Notes: generated by a model not told the origin, from the sequence alone. A stretch of DNA of 64,000 nucleotides from Lepidodermella squamata (GCA_047495785.1 JBLDXI010000009.1:496001-560000); one strand, 5' to 3'; shown: positions 47,716-63,000, numbered from the stretch's first letter. Program-made: numbers and translations.

Positions 47716-50700
47716 TCAATGAAAGCCGTTCTGGAAGGCTGTGGCAATTAGCGGCGCCGTTAGTCCGGTGATGGCAATTTGATGGCTGCCGGCAGAATTC
47801 GCTGCCGCGGCTTGTTGAAGGTAGTTGACGAGAGCGGCATCGGTGACGACGGACGACGAGGCGTTGCCAGCACCGGCACCGGCTGCTCCCGACGAGTACA
47901 GCTCAGCCAAGGGACCGGGGCTGTTGGCGCTGTGCGAGTAGCCACGCGTCGCGGCTTGGTGCGAGTTCGCGGCCGCGAAACCGGGAATCGCACTGAATAC
48001 TGATGACATCATAAAACCAACTGCCTCAATGCACTGTACATTCAATATTGTGAACGTTCAACTTACGCTGATGAGTCCTGGCAGCTTGTTCGGCGGCGGC
48101 TTGCTGGTTCGAGCGGGCAGCAGCAGCGGCCACCGCTAGCTGCGAGGCACCGTTGATGTCGTTCGCTGTAGTTAGGGCTGTCGCCGGGATATAATAGCCA
48201 GGAAGGGCTGCAAAAAGAAAAAATTATTATTATTTCAACCATCACCCAAGTTGGTCAACATTCAAAGCTATTATATATGTAAAACTGCGCTAATTTCGTC
48301 GCATTGGAAATCCCGATAGTAAATGGTTGACCAGTAAAGATGGTTACAAGCTACTGAGATTACGGGGATTCCGCACGGTTTTCTATCAGGTACCATAATT
48401 AGATTTCATAAATTATCATCGTCTGACTTTTTCAAGTTCAAGCTAAAGACGGCTACGCTCATTCCGCTCCGAAATGATTGCTTTTATATCTATTACATGA
48501 TGTATTTATTTGGTGCCACTAGAAGGCCGTCAACTACTGCAAGCCAGAATTTTCACTGGATTACGGCTAGCTAGCTTTACTAGCGCGACGAGATTTCCGA
48601 AAATACCATTGCTTGGAATCTAATTCGAGCTGAGTCGATCCACCAAGTTCCGACCAGGTTTGAAACGCCTAAATCAAACTGGCCTACAGCCAAGTCTTAC
48701 ATGGGGATTATATATAGAAGTTTCATGGTTATAGCAGAGATCTAGGGAGAAAGTGTTGTCTCAGGTAGTCGCAGTTTTTCAAACTGGGGTTACGATTAAT
48801 AAAAAGCTCTTACACCCAGCTACATCACATGTTTACACGTCATAATAAGGTGCAGAAATATAATTGCCTGTTTTGCCCAAACACCGAATTAAAACTACAA
48901 CGATATTAAATTTGCTTATTTTCAGAAATTAGCAAAGGTTATGCTTGCTTTGTATCATTATTATGAGTAGATGATAACAGCTGCAAACTACTGATGCACT
49001 AATTTCGATATAAAAAACGTGTTTACGTTTCATTAATATAATACCTAATTAGGTACACATATATGGCGATATCTTTTAAGTCTAATGAACTGCCAACTGC
49101 GCATTAGGAAACCATTACCATTACGGAATAGAACCAAATTTCAGCCAGAAGTAAATCATCATCATGCCGGAACTCGATGAGCTGTACATAGGTTTCGCAG
49201 GATAAAAAAAAGACAAAACAACATGACTGTTGGGTTATTTATAGTATTTCTCCATACTCAATTAATTTCGTAAGTTTCGAAAGGTCATTTGCAATAGAAA
49301 GAATACTTCGAATTTCCCAATGAATTTATAAAAAAAAATGATTTTTTTTGAAAAAAAGGACTTACTCGGTAGGTAGAAGCTAGCAGCAGCTGGTTGAGCA
49401 GCGGCATTTTGCGCAGCAGCGGCTGATGCGGCGTTGGCGAGCGCCGCGCGGCTGTAGAATTGCGCCGCAGCGGCGTAGGTGGCGAGCGACGTCGGCAGGA
49501 TGCCGCGAGCGAGACTGCGCCCGCGCGCCGCCGCCAACTGCGCCGGCAGCATAACCTCCTTCGGCTGCGCCTTCTTGCACTCGACCATCTTGTTGTTGAT
49601 CTCGTGAAAGTGCACCTCACACACTTTCTCGACAACGTCCTCGTTCTCGAATGTGACGAAGCCGAAGCCGCGGTGCCGTTGCGTCGTCTTGTCGAACATG
49701 AGCATCGCGTCCTCGACGGGGCCGAACTGGCCGAAGTAAGCCTTGATGTCGTCGACGGTCGTGTTCGCCGACAGCCCGCCGACAAATATCTTCTTCGTCC
49801 GCGTTACCATCTGCATTTCGAAATAACACACAATTAAAGCAACGATATCGTCAGATTTCACACGAGTTTTTCTTTGAGCCTAAACTACTTGGCATCGTGT
49901 CAGCGCTTTAGTTGTTGATCGGTAGTAGTAGCCGTTTATCAAGGGGAGTGATTAAAAATGGTGAGAGATGGCACCAAGCATGCGCTAATAGCTGCGTTCT
50001 GGGCGCGCGTCGTCGAAATAATAATAAAAACAAAAGTCAGCGCGCATTAAGGCTGCGACGGCACAGGTGCCTGTGCCGCGCGATGAATAGCAAAGGTGCT
50101 TTGCAATAACAGTAGATTATGCATAATTATGATTATTGGCGATGCTAATAGGAGAATCGCTCGCCTAATTTATATACTAGCGATGTAGTATCGGAATGGT
50201 GGTTGTACCATATTAAGGCTGGTTGTATTTGATGGCGGATTATTCTAAAAAGATGACGTGCATAAGAAGTTTCAGCCAGCAATGTTCGATCACCGTCGTT
50301 GTTTAGCGCTCAACAAAAGGTGTGAACTTGGTCGAATGTGCCGGCGCCGCGCCTGCTCTAATCGAGCAAACAACACTGCGCTATTAGTCGAAGTGATAAT
50401 CATAATAATAACAATTCAACTCAGCTCGCTCGCTCGCATGCGCTGGTGGCGCACAAATCGCCGCCGGTTGCTTTCGAGAAGACAACGCAGCAGTAGCAGC
50501 AGCAGGTGAATTCCGAATAAAATTTAGCGCAATTAGGCTCGCGACTCGCTAGCGCCACCCGCGTGCTAATCGAACGGCGCTAAGTTGGCGCATCAATAAT
50601 TCATCCGTCAAGCGCTGTGTGGCGAATATATGAGGCCCAGTGGTTGCGAAAATCATCAGCGTGGAGATGATTGCTCGCCCGCACAAGAAGACTCGATAAA

Positions 50701-53700
50701 ACGAGAATTACTAACACTTGTAACAGCGGCGGCGCCTGCTACCGATTGCGTCGGCGACAGGTACGGGTGGAACGATGGGTGCAGCGCCAGTGAAGCTGTC
50801 GTGTTCGGATAAGTTGCCATTGAGTTGTGGTGACGAAGAAAAAAAACAGTTGGCGACTAACGCCGAACAGTTATAGCAGTAGAATAATGTAAAACTTGAT
50901 GACGAGCCAAGTGCGGCAAATGGCGACGATTAGCGACGGCGACGCGTTTAAATAAGTGCCGAGCGGGTTCGCAAGGCTATTATTAAGTTTGCCGGCTAAC
51001 GAGCTAAACGTCGACGCGGCTAATGAAGTGCGTGGCCGGCGATCAAAAGTTTAGCTACTCGTTATTATATTATTTGTTATTTGTCGATTATATTCGAAAT
51101 TCGTGGAGCAATTCCTTAAACACGACCGCTGTAGCTTCTCCTCGGCAGCAGCGGCAACAGCGGCGGCGGCGGCGACCGGCGCGCGTGCTCGATCTCGGTG
51201 GCGAGCGGAAATGATTGGGGCGATATCAACTGCGAAACGGTGATTTTCTAATAACAGTTCAATCTTATTATGTTGACTCTGCGCCGATGCCATTGTGCGC
51301 CGCCGACCGAACGAGTTCGTGTTCGAACTGTGGCGCCGATTAAGCACTACAAATCGCAGCGAAGACGGCGGCGGATGTTTGGCAGCGCGTTGTCGTACTC
51401 GGGCGGCCCCGAGGGACTCTGCTCGGGCGCGTATAATGAGCTCAAGCGCGCGCGCGCGCGCATTCCGTCGTCGTCGTCGAGACTTAAACGGTTGAGCTGA
51501 TCGGCGCGCATGCGCTTGATGAAATTATTGGCGCCGAACAAAAGAGGTGCGCGCCGGCGGAAGAGCGCAAGCGCATGCGCCACACAGACGGCGAGCGAAT
51601 GAGCGAATGCAGTAATAAAATCGTGCGAGTAATCATCAGTCGCTTCTCCTGCAGAAATCTGGGCGGGCGCAGCCTGTGACGCGATAACTCTCGCAATCAC
51701 TACAACTCTCGCAAATTGACTCGGGGCAAGTTCATATTGGAGCGGCAATTATAATCGAATTCCGGCTAAATGCGGCGTGTAAAAAGCGCCCTGCGACTAA
51801 TTTCCGCGCTTCTTGGCGTCGAAAAATAATAACACTCGCCTAAGACCACCCAGTCATCAACACAACAACAAACCGTCATCGAGGCACTCGCAGCCGCTGC
51901 AGCAGCAGCTTTTCGCTTTGATGCGCGCGACGGAGCCATTTTCTTCGACTTCTTGGACGGCGGCTGAATTTTCGGTGGAATTTTCGATAATATTTTACGT
52001 AAAATAAGTAAGCTGAACAACTGCTAGTTGTTGACCGCTAAGACGGTGTCATCGCCCGGGCGCGACGTGCCGCGTTGGCGAAATACGAGATCGGAGCGGA
52101 GTTAATTACGCGGCGTCTAATCCGAGGCGACGAGCTGAACATCGAACATGAGATGATGCGCTTCGCGCAGTATCAAAACGTAACTAAAAAACTACCGCTG
52201 CTCTCGCTGACTCACTCGAGTTTATCTCGCATTAAGCAGCAGCAGTAGTAGAAGTAGTAGTAAGTAGTAAGTAGTTTCTATTGCGGTTGGGTTGCAATAT
52301 ACTCGAGTGCGTCGGATGCGAATAATAACACATCAGGTTCGCCTTAATGGGCACGAGCCCGCGTTTTTTTTCGCTTCTGGCCGACTGTTATTATTGACGT
52401 TATTACTCGATGACTGATGCTCGGCGCGGCTGCGGCTGTGAGTTGATGGCGGCGCCGAAAAATAACCGCCAGAGAGCAGCCACTTAGCGTTGGCGATGAC
52501 TTGAAGGTGAAGAGCGAGTGAATCGCGCGCTTTTTATGGCGCCTCAACCACGCCAAGGTCTATCATTATTTGATGTAACGACGCGAGCAAACAAAACAGT
52601 TATCGTTATATTAAAATAATAGTAATACATAAAGCGCCATAACTGAATCTTCTTACCTGTCTATATAGTAGGCAACTGCGTAGTTGCGATCTTAAGAATA
52701 ACAATGATATTCGAAATATATATAGTGTCTTCAATCCCTAAAAACAAATTAATTGAGAAGACGGCGCGCGCCAAATAAATAACAGCAAATTTGTTCGATG
52801 GTTAGAAAACCGATTGCAATTAAATGGAATTTTCCGCTACAACAATCAGTACTAAGTATAACAAACTCAGAAAAGGTTTCGCTGCAGCTCCGTGCCCTGT
52901 GGTAGTCTTTCGATTTGTTATCGCACTGCCATCATCATAATATCCTCATCATTTGTAAGCAGAACAGCAGCTACAAAGCTGGCACCCTCTTGGAGTAAGA
53001 GAGTGTTACCGTATACGATACTATTTATTATCCTACCATTGTTATTGTTATTACTGTTAAGTATACTACTACAGTTCGGTCGGTAGTGATTGGGGCAATT
53101 GAGGATAGTTCGCGAGCTCAAAAAGGCAATACGGGTGAACGGTGGCTGGCGCCAAATGCTCACCACATGCGCCCGTGTTTATGCTCGGCGTCATTTTGCT
53201 TGCTTTTGCACTGCTGCCAGTGAACTGGGCGCCCTCTATCCCTTCTCAATCGCGAGATCGCGCGTATTAATAGCACCTATCGTCGGATGCGCTTCGTCCA
53301 ACGTGTAAACAAATATCGATTCAAGTTCAACACTGCATTAGCAGCTATGATAACAAAAAGCAAGTAACAATAAATGGCGAGAAATTGCATATATCGCAGG
53401 TATAACAAGGCCAATAACACAATACTTCGAGAGATTACAAGCCCGAGCGTTGGGGCGAGGCGTGTTTTTTTTCTACTACGCACATTAAGTAATAGAAACC
53501 TTGAGGGATGAAAAACGGCGTGTTATAATCTCGAAGAAAAACGTTGACACGACCAAGTAGTTTGAAATTAAAAACGCGGCGTGAAATTGAGATGCAAAAA
53601 ACGCAATTAACGTAATTCAAAAAAGATCTTCTCACCTTTGGTTGAGACTTCTTCGGTATGGCAACCTTCGGATCAACCTAGCGTGAAAAAAACAACAAAA

Positions 53701-56700
53701 TAGACATTGATTAGAAAAAAATACAGGTAAAAATGTTGCAATATTTAAGGCGTTGATGCGACTCGGAGTGGGCCCAGATTATGATGCTATTATGATATAA
53801 CTTATGCGCAAGGAAGTAAGTCCCCTGACTAGATATATAACATAAGGACACAAAAGGGGTCATCATTGCTGCGGATAACAAAAGGCGACCGCGATATACA
53901 CGCTGCGGGCGCGGTGAGATGATCACCACGATGATGCTGATGAGATGTTTATGATGACGATGATGTTAACAAACACAACAGCGGTAATTTATAGCTCAGG
54001 AAGATGCGCGCTGCAACAGATGCCGGCATATGCGCTCGTGCGCTCACGTTCGCTGTGTTATCTCTGGCGACGACAAATAAAGCGCCGGCGCTCTTGCCTT
54101 TTGGCCCGCACTCGCTTCGCGGATGTACGAGCGCGCACGAGCGGTGTTGTGTGCCGAGCCATCGGGCATCACAGTCAATTAATATTATTATTACAGCGTA
54201 TTAGCTGCTGCCGCCGCCGCCGTCGCCGCCGCCGCAGGTAGGCAGGGCTTGTTGAAACGCGGTCGTGGCCTGTGAGCACCCTAACTCGGACAGTTCATGC
54301 GCGTAAGACCAACACGGCGACGGCTAACGCGCCCACGACAATTTATGACCGCGGCGCGCAGCCAAAAGCCACGGATCGGTGTCAAACTGGTGCCGTGCGG
54401 CATAAATTAGGCACGCGAGCGCGACCGTTGGCGCACGCGCTGAACCCAGCACAAATTTAACCCGCGAGCTGGTGCCGCCGCCGTGGGCTAAACTAGCCGC
54501 GATGATGATGATGATCATGAAGATGAAGCGCTGCTAATGGCGCGACGGCAGGGTTAGTCTGCTGTATCAGCTCTAATAAAATTAGGCGCGAGCCGATGGC
54601 CACTGCGTAATAGGTATTAATGATGCGCTGGTATTGTCATTCGATGGCTTTCAAGAGACCGACGACCGTCGTTATTTCGCCACGAGGCGTAGGACGTAAT
54701 CGAATTCCTCTCGCAAAAATAACGCAGTCGTAAACTAATAATAACCGTAGACCACATCAGTCGATGTCGTTGTTGAGTGTAGAGTCATCGTCGTCGTCAT
54801 CGTCATCATCATCATCATCGTCGTGTCATAGCATCGGAAACGCAGAGATACCTTGTACGCGAGGGACAAAAATACGGCTTCTAACGCGTGGTTGCATTCG
54901 TCAGATTCGCTCGAGTATAATTCGCGATGCGCGCTTACCGAAAAAAGCTCGTGGCGATTAGCGCCATTAGAGGTGCGCCCGGCTATAATAAGCTTAGCGA
55001 CAGCGCCGGGCGACCGACAACCAACAAGCTGATTATTGTTGCTATTAGCCATCAGCAGATGACTGCTGACAAGGCTGTCGTCGTAGGCCGAAAGCAGCGC
55101 GGCTTGAGCAGCGGCTGGCCACGCTTGAGCGCCAGGCTTCACCTTTTGATACGGCGCGTATCGCATCGATTTGGCCGTCGATCGCGGAGCTGATCGCGCC
55201 GGCGCCGACTGGTCGACAAGCGACGACGCCGAATCAGCCGAGTCAGCCGACTGCGGCGACGGCTGTTCGTCGCCGCCGCCGCCGACCGGGGAAGACCGCG
55301 AAGTCATGCGAAATTCCAACTGCTCCGCGCACTCTCAGTCGTCGATATAATACGTCGATGAGCCAGCTATTGACGGGTACTCAGTAAGTCGGCAAGTCAG
55401 CAGTCTTCGTCGTTGCCGCCGTAGTTAATAACAAGTAAATTTATATCGAACTCGCAACGATGAGCGAGCAGCCTCAACTTTTTGAAAATTCAAAGTGCGT
55501 ATGTCAAGTTTTGTCGCTCGACCGTTCTTAACAAATTAATATAATATATAGTAATGACAGCACGTATATCACAGATGCACACACGGGTGAAAGATAATTA
55601 TCGAAAATTAAATTTTTCTCGACTAAACGAATTTGAAGGCTGATACTCGAGCTAAAAAGTCGGGTGTAATGAAGGAGAAGATGAAGGAGGATGAGGAGGA
55701 GATGACGCCGCACGGCGCTGTGGGAAGCGTCGTCTTAGCGCCGAGATGTAAAACAACAATTTCCGCGCCGGCTGTGCCGTCGACGTGAGCTAACACACCG
55801 CGCAGACTCGGGTACCAATGATTTTGCGCTAGAGTCGCGTTGCAGGCGTCGACGTGCTAGAATTTGCCGCAGGTTGCGCGCGGCGCCGTGTTTGCGAACC
55901 GCCGCCGCCTTCTGCGTATGTGTGTCCTCATGTCGACGCTTTAATTGGCGCCTAATTGGGCCGCGAACTTGAACGACAGCAATATAAAATCACACAACAG
56001 TCGGTACCGAGCGACAAACACCGCGCCTCAAGAAAATGCGCCTTGAGCTTGCTGAATTTTGATACCAGGCTTATATTCTCGGAGAATTAGCTCGGCTCGG
56101 CACACACGCACAAGCCAGACATCACATACCACCTATACCTGCTACGACGCAAGGTGTTGTTTTTTCGCATCTGCAAAGCGACGCGGTGACCGTGATTTTC
56201 GCGCGCAAGCCTCAGCCGTGTCGGCGATGATGCCGATGTAGGGAAAATAACAACGCCTGCAAGCAAATACGCTATAACGAGAGTCAAGTAATCGGCACAA
56301 TCTTCGTCATCGTCGTCTTCGTTGCTTAAATATGCAATCTCATGCGCGACGATAACACATATTGTGTTATTTGCCAGCTGGGCGTTCCGGGTCGCATTTT
56401 TTCTACGCCGACAACAATACGCAATTGATATACTTACCTGCTTTGCGTCGATCGTATGCGGCCCGCCTGCTAGTACTTTGTCGACGCTGCTCGGATCCGA
56501 GAATGTTACAAATCCGAATCCCCTAGAAACAAAAAAATGAATCATTAGACATTGGACTCTTATTTATATGATTTTTAAAATAATTTAAGGAATCAGAAGA
56601 TTGCTGTCCTAATATGTGCAGGCACTGCTTTCCGAAGCCGAGAGAATCGAACAATAGGGAAAAAGGGAAGAAATTATTTTTCCTAATGGAAACTACGAAA

Positions 56701-59700
56701 CTACTTGCCGATAAATTCGGTCACGTTGAATTATAAAAAATTACGGGTCCTATTGTACGATTTTATCGGCCTTGGTAAAAAGTGGCTGGGCTATGCACGA
56801 GAATTAGGTGGCTTGAAAAAAATGTAGCCAATTTGTGAGTAGTTAACATGATGTAAATAAGTCCATTTCGACGAAAATTCCAACTCCGGTCATAAGTATT
56901 AGAAGGTGATAGCTCTCGGTCTCGCTTCACTAGTGATGCCTTTGAATTCAAATTACGATCGCAATCAAAGCAACTGAATGAGCGTCTAGATTTCAATGCA
57001 TGACACACTTTTTTCTTATTAGATGAAGTCGCAACTGCACTGAATAGGGGTGGCCTTATCGCGGCGACGCCGGCAAGTCGGCTTCCGCAGGCCGCAAACT
57101 GAAATTTTTCGTTATAACCAGCTTTTTACTAGTTGGCGCGTTGTCTCGCAGGCGGCATGACGGGCGGTGAACGATGTCTGCTTAGAAACTAAACGTGGCA
57201 TCTATGTCTCTTTCTCTACGCGCAGCGAAACTGAATACGAGCCAGCAGCTTCTGAATGCGGCTTGTTTGCTGCAATTAAATCGCAATAAAACAACGTGTG
57301 AGCGGGTGAGCACGTGGCGGCTGCTTTCCGACACGGCGACGCCTTTTCAGCGCACTTTCTTAGACACCGAGCTTCTAGCTTTATGACTAGCGGCAATCGG
57401 TTTCATAATAACACCCGTGCGCCTTCTCAAGGTAGAGATAGACAAAATAATATTGTTTTAAATTAATAGCATTGCCCCTCATTGGTGACAAGTACACGTG
57501 TATCAGGCGCCTTTTTACAAATTATTTATTATTGTTATTTAAAGCGCCTACGCAACGCTATGCTCTACTTCTCAATCGGCGTCCTTTGCACTTCTGAATC
57601 CGCGCTGTACTGGGCCGAGCCGCCGATGAAGGCCCTATACTTAGCACAAACGCGGCTTTACAGTCTTATTTAAATACGCTACTACCACGTGCTCGAGCGG
57701 GTACAGGCGAGAAAGTTGTCGCCTTGGTTAAACGCTGACCGTATATTCACCTCTATATGAACTCACAAGAGTATATTTTTGATAAAAATTCAAATCGAGA
57801 TTAATCTATCTCGATTTGACAAGTCTCGATCCAGAAAGTTGTCCCACGGAACAGTTGATAGGGGTGGCCATTACAGATTTTATTTCTATTCATTTCCACT
57901 CACCTTGATCGTTTGGTTGTAGGATCCCGCATCACCATACATTCGGCTATCTCACCAAATCTTCCGAAATGACTGCGAAGAGTTTCTGAAAATGAAACGA
58001 AACCGTTTTAATCAAGGCGAACACTGAAAGTTGAATCATTGAAGAATACATTTCAAGAGGTGTTTATATGTTTATGAGTTTGCAAAATAAATTGTAACTA
58101 CCTACTTTCCACTTGCTCATCTAACTGCTAAATAATGTTCAGTTTTTTAAACAGCACTAATGAAGCGGTAATCAAAACACAGCGTCTGTGAAATTTTACT
58201 GGCTGTAGGTCACGAGAATAAGATACAGAGTTTTGAACTGAAAACTGGAAAGGTGTGTGGCAAACAGTCCCATCACCTCAAGGCCTAATTCCATTGTTAT
58301 GGCCGCTTATAAGCTTACATGAAACCGCATTAACACTAGCACAGAAATCTAACAAATTGAAGCCTCCAATTTCGAACTGAAACCAAAAATGATGGCTTCG
58401 CTGTTTAAAACGAAGAAAAAACTTGATAAAAGAGGTGAATTTCAGCTAGTAAATAAGAATGAACTGAATGGTGCTCCAAAATGCAGGTGGCTGTGATCGA
58501 AACCTAACTGCAAGTTAACAACTAGTTAACTATGAACTTTAGTATATGCGGGAGATAATTAGCAGTTATCTTTCGATCACAGCCACCAATGCCTCATATC
58601 TACCAAAGCAATGAGTAATCTAGTCCGACTGAATGATGAAGGCTGAACTGTATCTTTAGACTAAAACGCTCTCTCAGCAGCGCTAGCAATAAAGGTTCAG
58701 TAAAATTGTAAAATACCTTTGCCAGTTTTTACGCAATTGATCTGTTGGTTATTTTTTCAATCAGAAATTAGATAAATTTGAATCGTGAAGTCTATCAGGA
58801 GACTTCGTATAAGTATTCACTCAACACCCCATGTGTGTTGCAAATAGTTGTAAGTGTTCGGGAAAATCCACAGCCTAAAACTAGCGAGAGTGCACTGATG
58901 AAACATTTCGAGGTCTAAATTTGCCCAACGTGTAACTATTATTAAGGATCTCATTTCTTAGTACTCATGTTCCAAATTCTGGCTAAACACATGACAACAA
59001 GTAGTATGAGACTTGGAGATCACCGAAATCTTATACCTTATATCATTGCGTCTTCATTCGGAAAAATTGGAAAAATAAGTTTTCATCTTTGACAACATTT
59101 TCTTCAGTCTTTTTATATAGTCTCTTCAATCTTCTAGTCGGAATCATTTCTTACCTGGTGTAGTTTGCCAGCTCAGACCGCCGATGAACATTTTACTGTA
59201 AAATAAGGAAAAACCAACAATTAGTTTTGATCATCATTACTTTGTCCGAAATTAGTTCAATTTAAGTCTATCAGCCCTTGTCAAAGGTGCCAAATATTGA
59301 CCGGTAGCGACAAAGCATTGACGCAAATGCAATATGACAGCTTGAAAGTGCGAAATTTATGGCATCACTCAAGTTCGATAACTTTCAATCGCGAGTTATC
59401 TCCGGCGAACGAATGACAAGCTACGACCTTCCCACCTGCTAAAGCCACAGCTGGTTGGCCGGAATTATTAAAAAGGACGAGCACAACAACATATTCGCTA
59501 TGGACTTGGATGCGCCTCGCTTTGAGTAATTGCCATTATTTAAAAATTCGCACGGTCACAATAACAAGCTGTGGCGCGCCTTTTTCATGCGGTAATAGCG
59601 TCATCGTTATCACCTACACGCGTGTTAATGGCGAGAGTCGCAGGCGCCATTTAGCCGGCACGAACTGCCGTTTGATTACTGGCAGGCTCAATGGCTGCTC

Positions 59701-60013
59701 AATTAGCTAAAATCCAGGGAGCGCGAGATAAAAACGGCCCAATTTTCCACGCAACCTATTGATGGTGAAGGCTATCTTTTCATGGGAACCCATCTTAAAT
59801 ATGCTTATTTATTGTTATTATTGCGTTGCGCTATAATGCACTCGACTACGGTGGAAGAAAGTACCTAAGATTAGTGTATAAGCTTGGGACATTTCGAACT
59901 TACCCAGGGTCATGCGGCAGCATGTCGTCGCAAATGTCATCAGAATTTGTCGACATTCGAGCAGACTTGTTTTCCATCATTTGCGAGGCGTCGAGTTGAT
60001 CTTCGTCCATCAT
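47716..60013 (-). CDS. MSI: RNA-binding protein Musashi (8 exons: 60013-59904, 59195-59155, 57985-57904, 56522-56438, 53677-53636, 49810-49366, 48207-48067, 47999-47716)
   Basis: PHDPG|[12 protein letters not shown]...[13 protein letters not shown]|GFGFVTF (RRM1), [20 protein letters not shown]...[21 protein letters not shown] (RRM2), SPGPLAELY, and C-terminal [12 protein letters not shown]. All splice phases are consistent. Confidence 0.96.
51446..51461. repeat. (GC)8 alternating purine-pyrimidine tract in Musashi intron 5
   Basis: gcgcgcgcgcgcgcgc read directly from the sequence. Confidence 0.9.
54785..54824. repeat. (TCA/TCG)n microsatellite in Musashi intron 4; similar (GCC)n at about 54209-54234 and (GAT/GAC)n at about 47586-47617
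   Basis: Direct observation of trinucleotide runs. Confidence 0.85.
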
Positions 60014-63000
60014 TTTTCGTTTTCTCGAATTAGAATCGTCAAAGTCAGAAAAGCTAATCGTTGCGAATACGGTAATTTTGCCGGTTGGACTAGTTGAACG
60101 AATTGGCTGTGGTCGAGGTCAGAATCTCCGACAATAAGGTAATAGCAGTTGACTGTTGTGATGAGAACCGAAAACGAAACAGCAGAAGTGATCCGATCAG
60201 CTAATCAGTAGTGGGCAGAAAACTAAAAATTAGGCGAGCACCTTGCTGATTATTAGAACAGCCCGACTAAACAGCTATAATAATGGGCTTAATTTTGCTA
60301 TATAAAATTAGCCTAGAAAACGAAATAAAAACAAAATGAGTCGAAAAGTTAGCTTCAACTGCAGGTGAGCCAGTTCATTTGCTAGCCCAGGTGTATAAAA
60401 TGAGGTAGATGATGATGATTATTATTAGCTCTGGTGTTGTTTTTGGGATGTGTAAATGAGATGCATGCCGTTGAAACTTTTTCCAACGTCAAATAACATG
60501 CATGAACATCGGAACAACACTCGACTAATTTGCATTCCGCCGGCGGCGGTCAGTGAAACCGCTTCGGAAAAGCAGCGAGTCGGCGACACTTTGTCGCCAA
60601 TAGGCTGGCGAATTCGCAGTCACGCAAGGTGTTTGCGCCGAAAAAAACAGCTCGACAGGCGACTGGGGTTAAAAAAAACTATTAGCCGCGCATAAAATGC
60701 GACAAAGCGATGCCATCGAAGACACAAGTCACGGCTTGACATTAAACATAATATGATGATGACAAAAGTTTACAAATAACACACACGCGTATTACATACT
60801 CTTAATAACGTTATATTTACTACAATCATGCTTGAGTATGAATTCAGCTTAACAGCCTTTGTAAAGCAGTACCAGCGATGGCACCGGCTACACCGTATAC
60901 CGACGTCACTCACCGCTAGTGCTGCTGTTACAAGACAATGCTGTAGCCTGACGGAGAACGTAAAAATTGTTGTTCAAAGCCGTCGAGATCGCTGTTAACG
61001 CGGCGCGTGTATAACAAGAAGACGTGGTCAGATGATGATAAGAAGCCACGAGATGAACACCATCGTCGGTTATATCTTCTTGTCATCTAACTGTGTAAAA
61101 ATCATCTCTCCTGTTCTCGTAAGCTTACGCACGCAACAACAAAAAGCTAATTATGACTCTAAACAAAAAACAATTACCTGCGTATTTGTTATTGCGTCAA
61201 TCGCCCCAGGGGGTTCGAACTTGTTGGCCTGGTTTTTTTTCAGCAGCTGAACTAAAGAAAACTAGGCCTTAGAAGTTGGCGCGGCAGCCAGGTGTCGTGC
61301 TCTCTCAGTCATCAATTCTTTGGGTGCCTTGTTTGAGCAAAATTGCAATTCGCGTCGGCGACAATTTAATGCGCATTACGAAAATATTAGTCGACGGGCG
61401 CGCATAATATCGGGCGCGGCCCAAGTGCCAGAACAAGAACGCAATAGCACAAACAAAAAGTATAATAAATACAAGTAAGATCCTACTAGACGGCAATATT
61501 ATGTGGCCGGGCTGTGTTTCCGGCGATGATGATGTCGAGTGGTGTTGGATGCATTATAATACCTACACAGCCGGCAGAACAGGTAGCGGCGGCCGTGCCG
61601 AGTAATAATCGCAGTCGTAAAGAAGTAATAACAATCGCGACTTGGCGTTTGTAGTCTCAGCAGCCTCAGCTAGGTATTATTGGCTTGGCGCATTGTCGCG
61701 CAGCGTGTTTGACCGTCTCGAACAAATGCCGAATGCTTCAAGACAGTCATTACTGCGGCCGGGCGTGTTGTGTGGCGCTCTTGGCCGCGACCATTCGCCG
61801 TGCGCGCATCGCCGCCTGCGCTGGCGCCGCGCATTCGCAGCCACACGCGCATGCAGTATCGGTGACAAAGCGCGTCATATTTATCCGGCCGTGCGGTAAC
61901 GCCAACAACCCACCGGCTACCGGTCGCGGGATGGTCGCTCGGGAACTTCTCTCGGGGTAATAAACACCAGCTCGCCGACGCCCCGCTTCCGAGCGCAGGC
62001 AGCCGATGTGACAAGGACGAGCGCAAACAGTCAAAGGGTGTGTAAAGCTCTTGGTGTTAGAACAGCCTCGCTGTTTATATGATGCGGCCACTAGGTTCTA
62101 GCAGCAGCGATGACATCCTAATGACAGATCTATCGCTTTCACACCCGTTCGGCAAATAGTAAATAAATATAGCGATAATTACTATGACCTGTGTGCCACG
62201 ATATCACAAAGTGTGAGCATCTTGTCGCCAAAGTGGCCATAGGATACTGCTCCGAGAGGCTGTGGGAACGCCTGCCAGGTGCCACCGAGGGTGCCTGCGC
62301 GAGTACGTGCATTTTGGTACGATGACGCTACACTAATAAATTATCAATATCGAAGACGGCGACGATAGCGACGACTGACTGACTGACTGCCTCGACATAG
62401 ATACTACGCAGCGCTGCGCCGATGAAGCCTTAGCCGCATCACTAGGCAGTAGAAAAGTCTGCTGAGCATGCAGCTGATTGTTTGTTTGTTGTCCGGCACC
62501 GTTTTAATAATATCGTAAAAACTAAAATATAGCCATCGTAATCGCTCCCGCGATATGATAACTCCTTTACGAGTCGCGATCGCGAATACCGCGAGTGGAG
62601 ACAGTAATCTACTGTTATTACTAAGCTACTATAGTATAATATAGAGTGGCATTTCGCTACTACACCTCATTTGTTAGGCATATGGCCACGCCGCCGTCAC
62701 TTGAAAACAACATACAACACACCTTAGCCAGGCGCGGCTGTCGATGAAGTTTTATTGACTAAGCGGCAGATTAGGCGGTGATTGGTCGCCCGGCGCCGTT
62801 GCCATGCGCTCGGCTGTCCAATGCGCGAGCGACTTGCGCCATTTGCAGCTGCGCTTTACCGCGTTATATTCACATCATTGTAAATTCAATAAAATACAAA
62901 CCGCGCCGAGTGAGCAAAAATTGCTGCTACTTAATCTTCTGCCGAGCTCGCACCTCGATTCAAGCGAAAAGCTCACTTTTTTAATTAAGGAAACGCGTGC

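Noticed and set aside
52241-52275. GTAGTAG/TAGTAAG repeats as Musashi autoregulatory binding elements
   Set aside because: The UAG repeats are on the plus strand, antisense to the Musashi pre-mRNA.
49912-54518. Many Arg/Ala-rich ORFs in Musashi introns, and similar ones at 60456-63718
   Set aside because: Expected by-products of GC-rich, microsatellite-rich DNA; no domains and no usable splice phases.
56428-56440. U1 snRNA 5' end (ATACTTACCTG)
   Set aside because: It is the reverse complement of the Musashi exon 4 donor CAG|GTAAGTAT; no U1 body follows.
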